A program made the translations under genes and the position numbers. DNA of 64,000 nt from Eledone cirrhosa (taxonomy: Eukaryota), in the NCBI GenBank assembly GCA_964016885.1, contig CAXHJY010000095.1:1-64000 (forward strand). The letters are read 5' to 3'. Below are positions 33,985 to 48,249 of the stretch, one piece after another. The notes under the pieces were generated by a model that saw nothing but the letters and a program-made list of their open reading frames with translations, did no database searches and was not told where the DNA came from. Positions within the stretch are counted from its first letter, which is position 1. Each line of letters opens with the position of its first letter.

Positions 33985-34890
33985 AAAACAAAATGGTGTA
34001 GGACAAAACAAAGGAGAGAAACAGAATGACAAATTAGTCACTGAGTAGATCACACAATGTGTGGCGAAAGTGCTTTGACAATATGTAAACAACCATCCGG
34101 TTATTAAAACATCCAGCCAGAAATTTGTAATAAATTGAAGTGGTATTCCCATAAAATCCCTAATTAGTAGAACATATCTGTTTCAAAGAACCCCTTGTAT
34201 TTATAGAAAATGCATAGTCTGCAAATTAAGCCCACGAATTAACTGCAAAACTAGGAATGTAGTTTATAGCATAAGATGGACTGAGGGACAGTGTAAGAAT
34301 AAGAATACAACACGTGATAAGTGAACACTGGCGAGAATTCCAGGATGGGAAAAACTCATCAGTACTCCACTAACATGCCAAAATAAAACATAGGGGCATA
34401 TTAGAGAACATAGAGATAAAAATTATATCCACACACAGAAAAGATGCAATGCTCAGACAAATCACAGAGGCAACAAATATAAACGAAATCCAACCAAAAT
34501 TAAACAGAAAATATGAGTGGAATAGTAACATCACAACTAGTAATTAAGGACAAAATGAAGACATACAGACACACAAAAACCAAACTAATAAAATAAACCA
34601 GACACACACACACACAGATAGAACAAACAACCAACTAGTGACTAGTAAATAAACATAAATAAATTTAAAAAATACACAAACACACCCGGATGTAACGCAT
34701 GCGCAAACCAAGTAAAGAGTACACAATCCACAAAAAAAGATTGTGTAGGAGAGAACAAAAGAGAGACACAAAATAACAAATTAGTCACTAATGAGGTCAC
34801 AGAATGTGTGACAAAGAACTTTAACAATAAATAAACAACCATCCGGACATTAAACAATACAACCGGAAATTTATAATAAATTGAAGTGAA
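33985..34890 (+). mobile_element. Penelope-like element remnant: GIY-YIG region between two ~160-bp pseudo-LTR direct repeats with decayed hammerheads
   Basis: CIVCK..NCKTRNVVYSI (~34210-34275), RKDAMLRQITEATNINEIQPKLNRKYEW (~34437-34520); 33985-34143 resembles 34730-34888; ctaatga-ggtcac..gtgac-aaag at ~34788. Confidence 0.75.
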
Positions 34891-34980
34891 AACCAACTGT
34901 TCTTTTCTTTGCATGTTTCCTTAAAGCCTCTTGGAATTGGTTTACCATCATTCCGTTGGTATACACCTATTACACAATAT

Positions 34981-35036
34981 ACACCTGAAGATGTCACGGG
35001 TTCTTAGCACCCTGGCCACTGAAATGTGCATAGTGT
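34981..35036 (+). ncRNA. type I hammerhead motif (imperfect stem II)
   Basis: ACAC-CUGAAGA...GAAA-ugugca-UA-GUGU. Confidence 0.6.
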
Positions 35037-35144
35037 TTGCAGAAATAAATAATCAAGGAAATTGAACATATTTGGCCTTCTGTCATTTTACTTTATAAGA
35101 CACACACACATATATATTTTTACACACACATACATATTTATACA

Positions 35145-35538
35145 TATCGGCAATATAAATGGAGCGTCGAACAACATGCGTTGCGGCATAATAAGTTCTT
35201 CCTGCTCTGAGTTCAAATTCTGCCAAGGTTAGCTTTGCCTTTCATCCTTACACGGTCGATAAATCAAAGTACCAGTAATGTATTGGGGTTGATTTAATCG
35301 ACTTTTCCCTCCTCCCAAGCTGTTGGCCTTATGTCTAAATCAGACTCCATTGGTGGATTGGCAGTATCGGTAGAGGGTCGGACGCCATGCTTTCCAGCAT
35401 AGTTACGTCCCTTTACGATCTGAGTTCAAATCCCGCCAGGGTTAACTTTGCCTTTCATCCTTACGGGGTCGATAAAATAAAGTACCAGTAATGCACTGGG
35501 TAATTGCTGGCCTTGTGCCTAAAGTAGAAACAATTATT
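35145..35538 (+). mobile_element. two tandem SINE family B copies (long diverged, then short young)
   Basis: A-box tggcagtatcggt, B-box gagttcaaatccc, core, tail tagaaacaattatta. Confidence 0.88.
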
Positions 35539-35814
35539 AAAGTCACTTCTATAATAATTCCTCTTATATTCATCCATTTTTTCCAGAATCTTCCAATTCT
35601 CCACATTTAATGACAACCATGTTTTATATATTGTTGTTGTTGTGGTTGTGGTGGTGGTGGTGGTGGGTGTTTTATTATCCACGCCTACACCACAATGCCT
35701 TAAACATAGACTACGTGGTGTTCTTCCCCCAACCACCACACCACCGCCCTTAAATACGCCTCCATCACAAACATGTATTTACAGTGTTGTAAACTTTGTT
35801 TATAGTTTTGATAC

Positions 35815-36720
35815 TATTGTTGTTATTGTTGGTGGTGGTGGTTGTAGAGGTGGTGGTGGTGGTGGTGGTGTTGGTGGTGGTGTTGGTGGTGGTTTTATTG
35901 TTGGTGGTGTTGTTATTGTTGGTGGTGGTGGTGTTGGTTGTGGTGGTGGTGGTGGTGGTTGTAGTGGCGGTGGTGTTGGTGTTGTTATTGTTGGTGGTGT
36001 TGGTGTTATTGTTGGTGGTGTTGTTATTGTTGGTGGTGGTGGTGTTGGTTGTGGTGGTTGTAGTGGCGGTGGTGTTGGTGTTGTTATTGTTGGTGGTGTT
36101 GGTGGTGGTGGTGGTGGTGTTGTTATTGTTGGTTGTGTTGGTGGTGGTGGTTGTAGTGGTGGTGGTGTTGGTGTTGGTGTGGGTGGTGGTGGTTGTAGTG
36201 GTGGTGGTGTTGTTATTGTTGGTGGTGGTGGTGGTGGTTGTGGTGGTGTTGGTGGTGGTTGTGGTGGTGGTGATTATGGGGGGGGGGGGTAGTGGTGGTA
36301 GTGGTGGTGGTGGTGGTGGTGGTGGTGGTGGTGTTAGTGGTGTTGGTGGTGGTGTTAGCGGTGGTGTTATTGTTGGTGGTGTTGGTGGTGGTGGTGTTGG
36401 TGTTGTTATTGTTGGTGGTGGTGGTGTTGGTGGTGGTGTTGCTGGTGCTGTTGGTGGTGGTATTATCACCACCACTACACCACCACCTCCAGTGTATGTA
36501 AATTGTTGAGTGTGAAACTTCGATGTAGTCGACACTCAGAAAGTCAACAATTTATACAACAACCGCCACAACAACAACAACAACAATCACAACCACAACA
36601 GCCACAGCAACAACAATACAACAACCACAAAAACAGCAACAACAACAGCAACCACTACAACAACAACAACTACAACAGTAACTACAACAACCACAGCCAC
36701 AACAACAAACGCAGTAATAA
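35815..36720. repeat. degenerate (GGT/GTT)n and (CAA)n trinucleotide arrays
   Basis: Direct reading. Confidence 0.92.
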
Positions 36721-36789
36721 ATAACCTCATATACAATTAGGAAAAATCGAACATCAAAATATTGCATTGGTCATAAAATAACAGATGAC

Positions 36790-37215
36790 GACCCGTCAAA
36801 CACCACATCTACCCACACCACCCACCTCGTCATACGCCACACACCCCCATCAAACACCACAGCTACCCACACCACACCACCACCCACCTCGTCATACGCC
36901 ACACACCCCCCATCAAACACCACAGCTACCCAGACCACACCTCCCACCTCGTCATACGCCACACACCCCCATCAAACACCACAGCTACCCACACCACACC
37001 ACCCACCTCGTCACATGCCACACACACACCCCCGTCAAACAGCACAGCTACCCACACCGCCAAATGTCACAGACAGCCTCCCCGCCAAACACCACAGCTA
37101 CCCTCCCCGCCAAACACCAGCCACCCCACCAAATGCCACAGATACCCTCCCCACCAAACACAACCCACCTCACGGAACACCACCCACCCCGCCAAACGCC
37201 ATACCAACCGTCACC
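36790..37215. repeat. C-rich ~60-bp minisatellite decaying to ~30-bp units
   Basis: CACCTCGTCATACGCCACACACCCCC-ATCAAACACCACAGCTACCC recurs at ~36823, 36885 and 36945. Confidence 0.88.
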
Positions 37216-37459
37216 AAAGTAATAAAATATAACCCCTTTAAAAATACATAAAGAAAAAAACTGATGATGATTAAGCCCCCCCCCCCCCCCCCATCCATAT
37301 GAAAATAATAATACTGTTTAAAAAATAAAACCTTGTAATATCTAGACTTCTATGTGTGTGTGTATATATATATACATACATTTACAAACACACACACATA
37401 CACATATATATATATATACATAAATACACACACATTATATATACATATTCATACACATA

Positions 37460-37509
<50 letters not shown>

Positions 37510-37572
37510 AATACACACGCAGATATATATACATATATATACATACATATACATTCATATATATACATATTT

Positions 37573-37605
<33 letters not shown>

Positions 37606-37794
37606 CATAAATACACAGATATATATACATATATATACATAAATACACAGATATATATACATATATATACATACATATACATTCATATATATACATATTT
37701 AGACACACACACACACATATATACATATTTACACACACACACACACACATATATACATATTTACACACACACACACACACACATATACATATTT

Positions 37795-37825
<31 letters not shown>

Positions 37826-37998
37826 CATATTTACACACACACACACACACACATATATACATATTTACACACACACACACACACACATATATACATATTT
37901 ACACACACACACACACATATACATATATATATATACACATAAATACACAGCCACAGATATATATACATATATATACATACATATACATTCATATATAT

Positions 37999-38031
<33 letters not shown>

Positions 38032-38102
38032 CATACATAAATACACAGACAGATATATATACATATATATACATACATATACATTCATATATATACATAT
38101 TT

Positions 38103-38165
<63 letters not shown>

Positions 38166-38240
38166 CACAGGCACAGATATATATACATATATATAGATAC
38201 ATATTCATTCATATATATACATATTTACACACAAACACAC

Positions 38241-38284
<44 letters not shown>

Positions 38285-38631
38285 CATATATATTTCTATT
38301 TTTTCCTGCTCACCATTGTACCGTAAACTATAGTTTAGGATTTGTCACTTTATTTTTCTAAACTTTTTTTGCAAACATTAAAAATATAAAAACAGTGCCG
38401 AGGTTTCCTACGAAACTGTCACGCCTCCATAGTGGAAAAAGATGGCGAATTAATAAACGAACGACACGACCAACAAAACAAGGTAATGTTTGTTTTTATT
38501 GCATCTTGTTTTCTGTGTAAAATTACCATTTTGTAACTATGGTTAAACACTGGAATTATCTAAAATTTGGAATTACAACCAGGTGCTTCAACATTCACCC
38601 CCTCTCTCTATACACACGTATATGTGTGTGT

Positions 38632-38668
<37 letters not shown>

Positions 38669-38741
38669 GAGAGAGAGAGAGAGGAGAGAAAGAATGAGAA
38701 AATCCGAAGTAGTTTCAGATGTTTAAGTCCTTTATTGGTAA

Positions 38742-38815
38742 TGCTGTTGTACATATTTCAATGACAGTGGCCACACGATTGCGTGTACCCAGTACCATGA
38801 CATCATCAGAAAGCT
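38742..38815 (-). ncRNA. degenerate hammerhead with long stem II
   Basis: CUGAUGA..augguacuggguacacg caau cguguggccacugucau..GAAAuaugUA; stem I poor. Confidence 0.4.
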
Positions 38816-38847
38816 TCTTATATATAAGGTTAAGTTCCCGAGGCAAT

Positions 38848-38903
<56 letters not shown>

Positions 38904-38934
38904 GACGAGGTGTTAAATCTTCATTACGTTTATT

Positions 38935-39025
38935 GAAGTGATACGCGCGTTTCGCGATTGATGAGCTCAAGGTTCGATCTGTATCGATCGGACCCGACTG
39001 AGGAATCAAAAGCTCATCGGACTTC
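38935..39025 (-). ncRNA. hammerhead-like motif with long stem II, core CCGAUGA
   Basis: GAAGU-CCGAUGA-gc..ggUccgauc/gaucgaacc..gc-GAAA-CGCGCG-uaUC-ACUUC. Confidence 0.5.
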
Positions 39026-39056
39026 TGTCATGGTAATTGACGTTACAATCCCTGAA

Positions 39057-39102
<46 letters not shown>

Positions 39103-39160
39103 TTAGTCCAGAATTAGCCGTCGAAACGGCTTGAGCTCAGCCGTCGGGGTCCTACTCTTT

Positions 39161-39241
<81 letters not shown>

Positions 39242-39540
39242 TTGTGTGTGTGTGTGTGTGTAAGAATTTATGTCCGATACGTCGAAACTCTCTTCTACTT
39301 CTAAGAGTGAAAGTAATAAGACTTTGTTTTTGCATCTCTGTGTCTATTCATCAGCCTATCATGAAAATATTATACATTTTCTATGTATTTTATCTGAGGA
39401 GGACATGTTTTAGTTTATGTTATACATAAAACTTTACTTCTTCAAAATCTAAACTATAATAAAGCAAGGAGTGCGGGACTGCGTCCAGAATATATTTCTT
39501 TATCCCGTTTGTAAAATAAGTTGGATTACTTTGAATAAAT

Positions 39541-39729
39541 AATTGTTTCTATTTTAGGCACAAGGCCAGCAATTACCCAGTACATTACTGGTACTTTATT
39601 TTATCGACCCCCGTAAGGATGAAAGGCAAAGTTAACCTCGGCGGGATTTGAACTTAGATCATAAAGGGACGTAACTATGCTTCAAAGCATGGTGTCCGAC
39701 TCTCTACCGATACTGCCAATCCACCGCCT
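39541..39729 (-). mobile_element. SINE family B, full-length short subfamily, with TSD
   Basis: ATTACTTTGAATAAATAAT present on both sides (~39525 and ~39735). Confidence 0.9.
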
Positions 39730-40075
39730 TACAAATTACTTTGAATAAATAATGAATGAATATTACATAATTTGTCTACTAAATTTCGTTATTCATGATT
39801 AAATATAAATAATTTTGTTGCTTATTTTTTAAGATTCACTTCTTTAAAATGTTCAAATGTAAACACTTCCGGTTAGCGATCGCTTAAATAAACATTCATA
39901 AATTTCCGTCACTAATTTTCTCCTAATGCAGATTATATATAATATTGTCTTTTTTTTAATGTATCATGGATTACGTTACTGATTACATAAGACAGTGTAA
40001 CTCAGGCTTCGTTCAATTTCTGTGTATATTGTCAATTACGATTTTATTTGATATATCATATCTACATGCATATAT

Positions 40076-40670
40076 CTATCTATCTAAGGCGGGTAAAATT
40101 CCCGAGATCCATGGACGAGTTCTCTCCAGCGGTCTCTGTCCCTCATTATCGCTGCCATATCCTGCATCTCCAACAGACCAGTGTCTGTCCTTAGGGCATC
40201 AACATATGTTAACCTTGGTCTTCCTCTTCTAGTGTGTCCATGTAGGGGCTCCCAAAGGAGCACCGAGTGCAATGTCAACTCTGGATGTCGGTGAGCATGT
40301 CCAGCCAACCTCAGTCTTCTCTGTGTCACTTTTGAGCTGACTTTTGGGATGCTCCCATACAGCTCTAAGTTTTTCATCCTCAGTGTATACTGATTAATGT
40401 TCAGAGCCATCCTCAGCATTCTCGTGTAGCACCCATCCACCGCTGGAATTGGTTGAGGACTTCCTGTATTTGGGAGCAAAGATTGGGAATACGGAGGATG
40501 ATGTGGTTGAGAGGAAGAGCAAGGCCTGGGTGGCGTGTCACAGCTTGAGATCGGTGTGGAAGTCGGACCTTCGTAGAGACCTGAAAATCCGCCTCTTCAT
40601 TGCTGTAGTGGAGTCTGTGCTGCTGTATGGGTCTGAGACTTGGACACTGACCAAGAGACTCACTCAGATG
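40076..40670 (-). mobile_element. RTE-clade LINE 3' end with 5' inversion, (TAGA)n tail and 10-bp TSD
   Basis: Minus 40441-40084 VDGCYTRMLR...RGRPRLTYVD; plus 40442-40670 VEDFLYLG...LLYGSETWTLTK; ATGCATATAT at 40066-75 and 40668-77. Confidence 0.92.
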
Positions 40671-41319
40671 CATATATACTTGCGTATAATATCAATATAC
40701 ACACTACACATGCTAGCAGAAAACCACCCGAAGAGTGGTTTTTCTTCTAGTATATATAATGTAATAAAAAGAGATGGTATAAAGTATATATATTTCGTTT
40801 ATTACTAATATATATATATTATACTACATCTAATATCTACAATATATACACCACACCACACCACTATACTATATCTAATATCTACAATACATACGCCACA
40901 CTACACCATTTTACTCATAGAATTCTCCGCTAACTGGAATAGCTGCGTCAACCCATTGTCGAATTAATAGTCGATTATCTGCGGAACCACTGGTGTTCAT
41001 CCGATGTCATCTTACGAAACTGACGATCGTCACAGGAACTACTGCTTACTCTAAGACAAGCAGGAATTTTATCGAGGCTTACTCCATGTTTGCTATACCA
41101 GCCATATCAGAGGCACCGCGTGTAGTATGTGGCTCTTCACTATGCAGGTCGATCTTTAAATTGAGAATAAACTACCAGTCAAGTACTGGAGTAGATTGAT
41201 TCGTCTTTCCCTTCCTTATTTCAAGATTGCTGGCCTTCTGCTTAAATGAGAAACTCTAATGAGGAGAGTGATTTGACAGTATTGTGAGAGTGTCGGACAA
41301 AATACTTTACCTCATCAAC

Positions 41320-41720
41320 GTTTTAAAGTTTGACTTGGAAAGGAAGGTGAGGGTGGAGAGAGAAGTGCACCAGCCCAGCCCCAGTACATTTGCTAAAAAG
41401 TAGGTGAATGTGACGAGAATGACCCGTGTGAATGGGCCTACTCTAAGCATTTGCCTGTAGGTGGGTTGATTTCAGGAAGAGAGGGGTGCTCTTCCCGGGT
41501 GCCCTCGAAGCATCGAGTCCAGGATTGGCGAGGCACCTGGGTCGCCTCTGGGTGGTTATGCCCCCTATTGGGGAATCTATTTTGTTATATTTTTTATTGT
41601 TAATCGTTTTTCTCAATTTGTGTTTTTTCGAAGTTGTTTTTTTTTATTGTAAACCCCCGCTGTCCCCGTCTATTGTTATGTCCCCTACATGTCAGCCTTT
41701 GTGACCAATAAAGACATTAT
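41320..41720 (+). mobile_element. Tx1/L1-like element 3' end, diverged
   Basis: FKFDLERKVRVEREV...RVNGPTLSICL* is homologous to the end of ORF 49634-50569; 3' UTR ends aataaagacatt. Confidence 0.75.
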
Positions 41721-41743
41721 CACGCATATTTACGGCCCTTGCC

Positions 41744-41890
41744 ATTCTGAGTTCAAATCCCGCTGAGGTTAACTTTGTCTTTCATCCTTACGGGGGTCGA
41801 TAAAATAAAGTACCAGTAATGCACTGGGTAGTTGCTGGCCTTGTGCCAAAAGTAGAAACAATTATTATTATTATTATTATTATTATTATA
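41744..41890 (+). mobile_element. SINE family B 3' part with (ATT)n tail
   Basis: B-box, core, tail. Confidence 0.87.
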
Positions 41891-42024
41891 CCCACGCTTT
41901 TGTGACCATGAGCCTAACGCCCAAACCACAAGGCCACGTTCCTTAATCTTTTTTTTTTTTTGATACTGAAATATTTCTACCCTTACCCCCACACTTTCCA
42001 CAACAACAACAACAACAACGATAA

Positions 42025-42230
42025 TAATTTCTATTTGAGGAACAACGCCATCAATCTGGGGGAGGGGAAAGTGGATTGCATCGACCCCAGTGTGTTACTG
42101 GTACTTTACGTTATCGAGGTCTTCGGAAGGCAAAGCTAACTTGGGTGGGATTTGAACTCAGAAAGAACGTAAAGAGCCAGAACAAATACTGCTCACAATT
42201 TGTCCGACATTCTAACATCTCCGCTAGACT
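42025..42230 (-). mobile_element. SINE family B long subfamily, diverged
   Basis: aaggcaaagctaac..ggatttgaactcag. Confidence 0.75.
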
Positions 42231-43036
42231 AACAACAACAACAACAACAGCAATAATAATAACAATGACAATAATAATAACAATGACAATGACAACAACA
42301 ATAGTGCAATGAATGAGTGGCAAATAGCAATCAGGTTAAAGCGGTCATTAGAAGATGCAATCAGTTGAAAGACCACTATACAGTCATTCCATTAATTGAA
42401 TTAAAGTCTTTGAAATTACGTGCTGCGGAGTTCAATGAGGTATTCAAAACCATTTCTCAATTTTTGATAGCAACAGAGAGAGAATGAGAGAGAGAGAGAG
42501 AGAGTGTGTGTGTGTGTGAGTGAGTGAGTGAGTGAGTGACTGGGTGAGAGAGTGAGAGATGGAGAGAAGAGGGTGAGTGAGAGAGAGATGGAGAGAAGAG
42601 AGTGAGTGAGAGAGAGATGGAGAGAAGAGAGTGAGAGAGAGATGGAGAGAAGAGAGTGAGTGAGAGAGAGATGGAGAGAAGAGAGTGAGAGAGAGATGGA
42701 GAGGAGAGAGAGATAGAGAGTGAGTGAGACAGAGATGGAGAGAAGAGAGAGAGCGCGCGAAGGATAAAGAGAGAGGGCGCGAAGGATAAAGAGAGAGGGG
42801 TGGGTGAGAGGGGGGCGAGATTAAAACCAACTAAATAAAAGAGGTTGTAAGAAGAAAAAGCTATGTATATATATATATAAAGTATGTATGTATATATATA
42901 TAATGTATGTATGTATATATATATAATGTATGTATATATATATATATATAAAGTATGTATATATATATATATATATATAAAGTATGTATATATATATATA
43001 TAAATATAAAGTATGTATGTGTATATATAAAGTATG

Positions 43037-43111
<75 letters not shown>

Positions 43112-43695
43112 CTGACAGACATATATACATTTCGAAAAGTAAAAAAAAAACAAAAGAAACAAAATGAAACAAATAAAACAAAAATATATAATATATTTTT
43201 CATTTAAGTCAATGTTGTCTATCACGTGATCATGTAGAAGCGATCATTTAACCAGTATATCAATAATACTGTTATGTTAATTCTTAATAAAGAAGTTTAT
43301 TATAATTAATATAACGCTATGTAATAATGGTGGCGACAAGACATTAATACGTTAACAAGGTGTCGGCCATTTTGGTTTCATTTTACTGTTAATGGGGAAC
43401 AGAATGTCTAACGTTGAATCTAACATATTGGTTACTGTATGGACAGACGGACATATCGGTAGGTGGATAGATAGGTGGATATAGATAGATAGATGGATAA
43501 ATAGGTGGATATAGATAGATAGGTGGATATAGATAGATAGATAGATGGATATATAGGTGGATATAGATAGATAGGTGGATATAGATATATAGGTGGATAT
43601 AGATAGATAGATGGATATAGATAGATAGATGGATATAGATAGGAAGACAGACAGACAGATAAACACAAATAATTAGATAAATTGATAGAGAGATA

Positions 43696-43760
<65 letters not shown>

Positions 43761-43805
43761 CAAAATGTTAACAAATGAAAAAATATTCTCATCATCAAAA
43801 TATAT

Positions 43806-43870
43806 ACCTTTATTATATATATTTCAAAGGTACTGTGCTGTTTTTCCAGTACGTCCTCATCAGACATCAT
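43806..43870 (-). ncRNA. hammerhead motif related to the 24211 family, stem I decayed
   Basis: CUGAUGA-ggacguacug..caguaccuuu-GAAAuauauaUA. Confidence 0.55.
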
Positions 43871-43942
43871 ATATGATTTGATATATGACAAACCGCTACG
43901 GTCTTGATTATTCAATTCCAGTATATATATATATAAAATTCA

Positions 43943-43984
<42 letters not shown>

Positions 43985-44000
43985 CAGTATATATATTCCA

Positions 44001-44046
<46 letters not shown>

Positions 44047-44143
44047 CAGTATATATATTCCAGTATATATATATATATATAAAACATGAGAAGAAAGAAG
44101 AATACTGCGTGGTTTGCACATGGGTTACATATGATAAAAATAG

Positions 44144-44211
44144 TCCTTCGTCAGTGATTTTCCAACCATCATTGGTATTTCATCGCATTAAAAATCAGAT
44201 ATTCAGGTTGG
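44144..44211 (-). ncRNA. second copy of the reverse-order hammerhead-like motif
   Basis: ccaacc-ugaa-uaUC-UGAUUUU-uaaugcgau-GAAAuacc-aaugau-gguugg-AAAAUCA-CUGACGA-aggac. Confidence 0.62.
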
Positions 44212-44294
44212 TGCGAGCAATAATCTAAAAAAAGTTATTGGGACCAGGAATCGCGTAAAGCGAGGGGGACAAGTGAACAACATAGAAGGATAAA

Positions 44295-44351
<57 letters not shown>

Positions 44352-44542
44352 GTCTATCTCTCTATCAATTTATATAATTATTTGTGTTTATCTGTCTGTC
44401 TGTCTGTCTACTTATCTATATCTATCTATCTATCGACCTGTCTCTCTATCTCTCCATTTGTCTGGCTATCTATCTCTCTATCTATCTATCTATCTATATA
44501 TAAAGAAATATCTATATCTCTCTCTATATATAGAGAGATAAC

Positions 44543-44903
44543 TTTCTTTTTATTTGCCACCAGGGCATCAAAGAGTGGGACAAGTACAATGTGGGGGGGG
44601 GGGGGGGGAGTTTACATGCAGAGGCGTCCTCAATATGGAGGAGGCAATAACAAGATATAAAAGTATAAAAATAAAATAAAATATAACAAAATAAATCTTA
44701 TAACAAAATCCTCAATAGGGAGGAGGCGCCTTGGGGGGGGGGGGGGGCGCACACACCCCCGAAAAAAAAATGTGCAACCCTTCTCCTCAGGAGCACAGAG
44801 AGGGGGTGCTCCCTTGGTCTTTCATCTTCCTCACCTATAGTCTGATGTAGAGTGAAGGCCCATTCACACGGGCCATTCTCGCCACTTTCACCCATCTTTC
44901 ATA
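44543..44903 (-). mobile_element. Tx1/L1-like element 3' end
   Basis: RWVKVARMARVNGPSL..; UTR layout like 49400-49640 and 57333-57580. Confidence 0.78.
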
Positions 44904-45595
44904 AAAACGAATAATTAGAGATCCATTCTATCTCTCTGTCTGTTTTATTTCTCCCTCTCTCTAAATCTATGACTCTTTCTCTCTCTCACGCACGTAACCC
45001 CCCCCCCCCTCTCTCTCTTTATTCTTCACTGAGTCTTGATTTCTCATTTCTACTCATTTATCACAATTTCATCTTTTCTTTCTCTCTCTCCTATCACCTT
45101 CTCTCTCTCCCTATCACCCTCTCTATATCCTCTATCCCTATCTCACATTCCCTCTCCCTATCCCCCTCTCTATATCCTCTCTCCCTATCACTCTCTCTCT
45201 CCTCCCTTTCTATCTCACCTTCCCTCTCACCCTATCTATCCTCTCCCCCTCTCTATATCCTCTCTCCCTATCACCCTCTCTCCTCCCTTTCTATCTCACC
45301 TTCCCTCTCACCCTATCTATCCTCTCCCTAGCCCCCTCTCTATATCCTCTCTCCCTATCACTTTATTTCCTTCTGCCTTTCCCATTCAATATTATAAGAT
45401 ATATCCAATATAACACACACACAGATATTTCACACGCACACACAGACACACACATAACACACACAGATATTTCACACGCACACACAGACACACACATAAC
45501 ACACACATATACACACAGGCACACACACACACAGTCGTCAGCTTTACCGTTTCCCTCCTCCTACCTCACTCTCCCCCTCTCCTCCTTTCCCTATA

Positions 45596-47172
<1,577 letters not shown>

Positions 47173-47495
47173 ACACCCTTTGACGTGATAATTTATTTCC
47201 AGTACTTAGTACATGAATCTTTTGGGAGAAAAGTAAAAAACGTTGATTCATACACACGAAATATAGTATATTTAATGGAACACACACACATATACACACA
47301 GAGACCCATACTTACATAGAGACACACACAGACGCATACTTACATACACACACACACATACATACACAGAGAGAGAGAGACACACACACACACTTACATA
47401 CACACACACATACATACCTACACATGAATACAGCCATATATATATATATATATATATACACTCCATTTCTCTTGCCAATCCTTCCACCTCACACA

Positions 47496-47526
<31 letters not shown>

Positions 47527-48249
47527 TCTATCTCCACCTCTCCTTCCACCTCACTCTCTCTTTCTATCACTATCTCTCTCTCTTTACACTCTATCTCTCT
47601 CTCTACATCACTGTATCTTTCTCACTCACTCATTCATACACATCTATTCCCTCTTCCTCTATCTAGCCATCTCTCTTTTTTTCTCTCTCTGCCACTATCT
47701 CGCCCCCCCCTCTCCCCCACCAAATACACTATCTAACTCTCCCAACCCACCCCCTCTCTATCTCTGCCACGCCACACTCTCTATCCACACCCTCTCTATC
47801 TGTCAATATTTGTCTCTCACAGACACTCTCTCTCCTTCTCTTTCTTTAATGAATTATTATTGCGGTAAAATCTAACTTTATCTGTGAAACACTGCTCACC
47901 TTAAATCGTTTTACCGTGTAATACATGAGAACATTCTCGTAAAAGTCACCTAAACTCTTAATACCGAGCAAAGTGTCTCCTTCGTCTTCTCCTTCATCTT
48001 CTCTTTCGTCTTCTTTGTATCCTTCGTCTCCTCTTTCTTCTTCATCCACTTATTCCTCGGGGGGGGGGGGGGTCATGGGGGCAGAGTCCTCAAGTACTTC
48101 TTTCAGCGGTCCTCCACTGGAATTTACGACCTGTCGAATCTATCAGCAATGAAAATACCAATTGAATTATCTTCTACTTCCCTTTATTCCTGGGAGGAGA
48201 GTCGTCGTGGGGCGGGGGGGGGGGGGACAAAGTCCTCAAACACACTTTC

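Noticed and set aside
35642-36535. Gly-rich and Thr/Pro-rich ORFs
   Set aside because: (GGT/GTT)n array; a structural-protein exon cannot be supported
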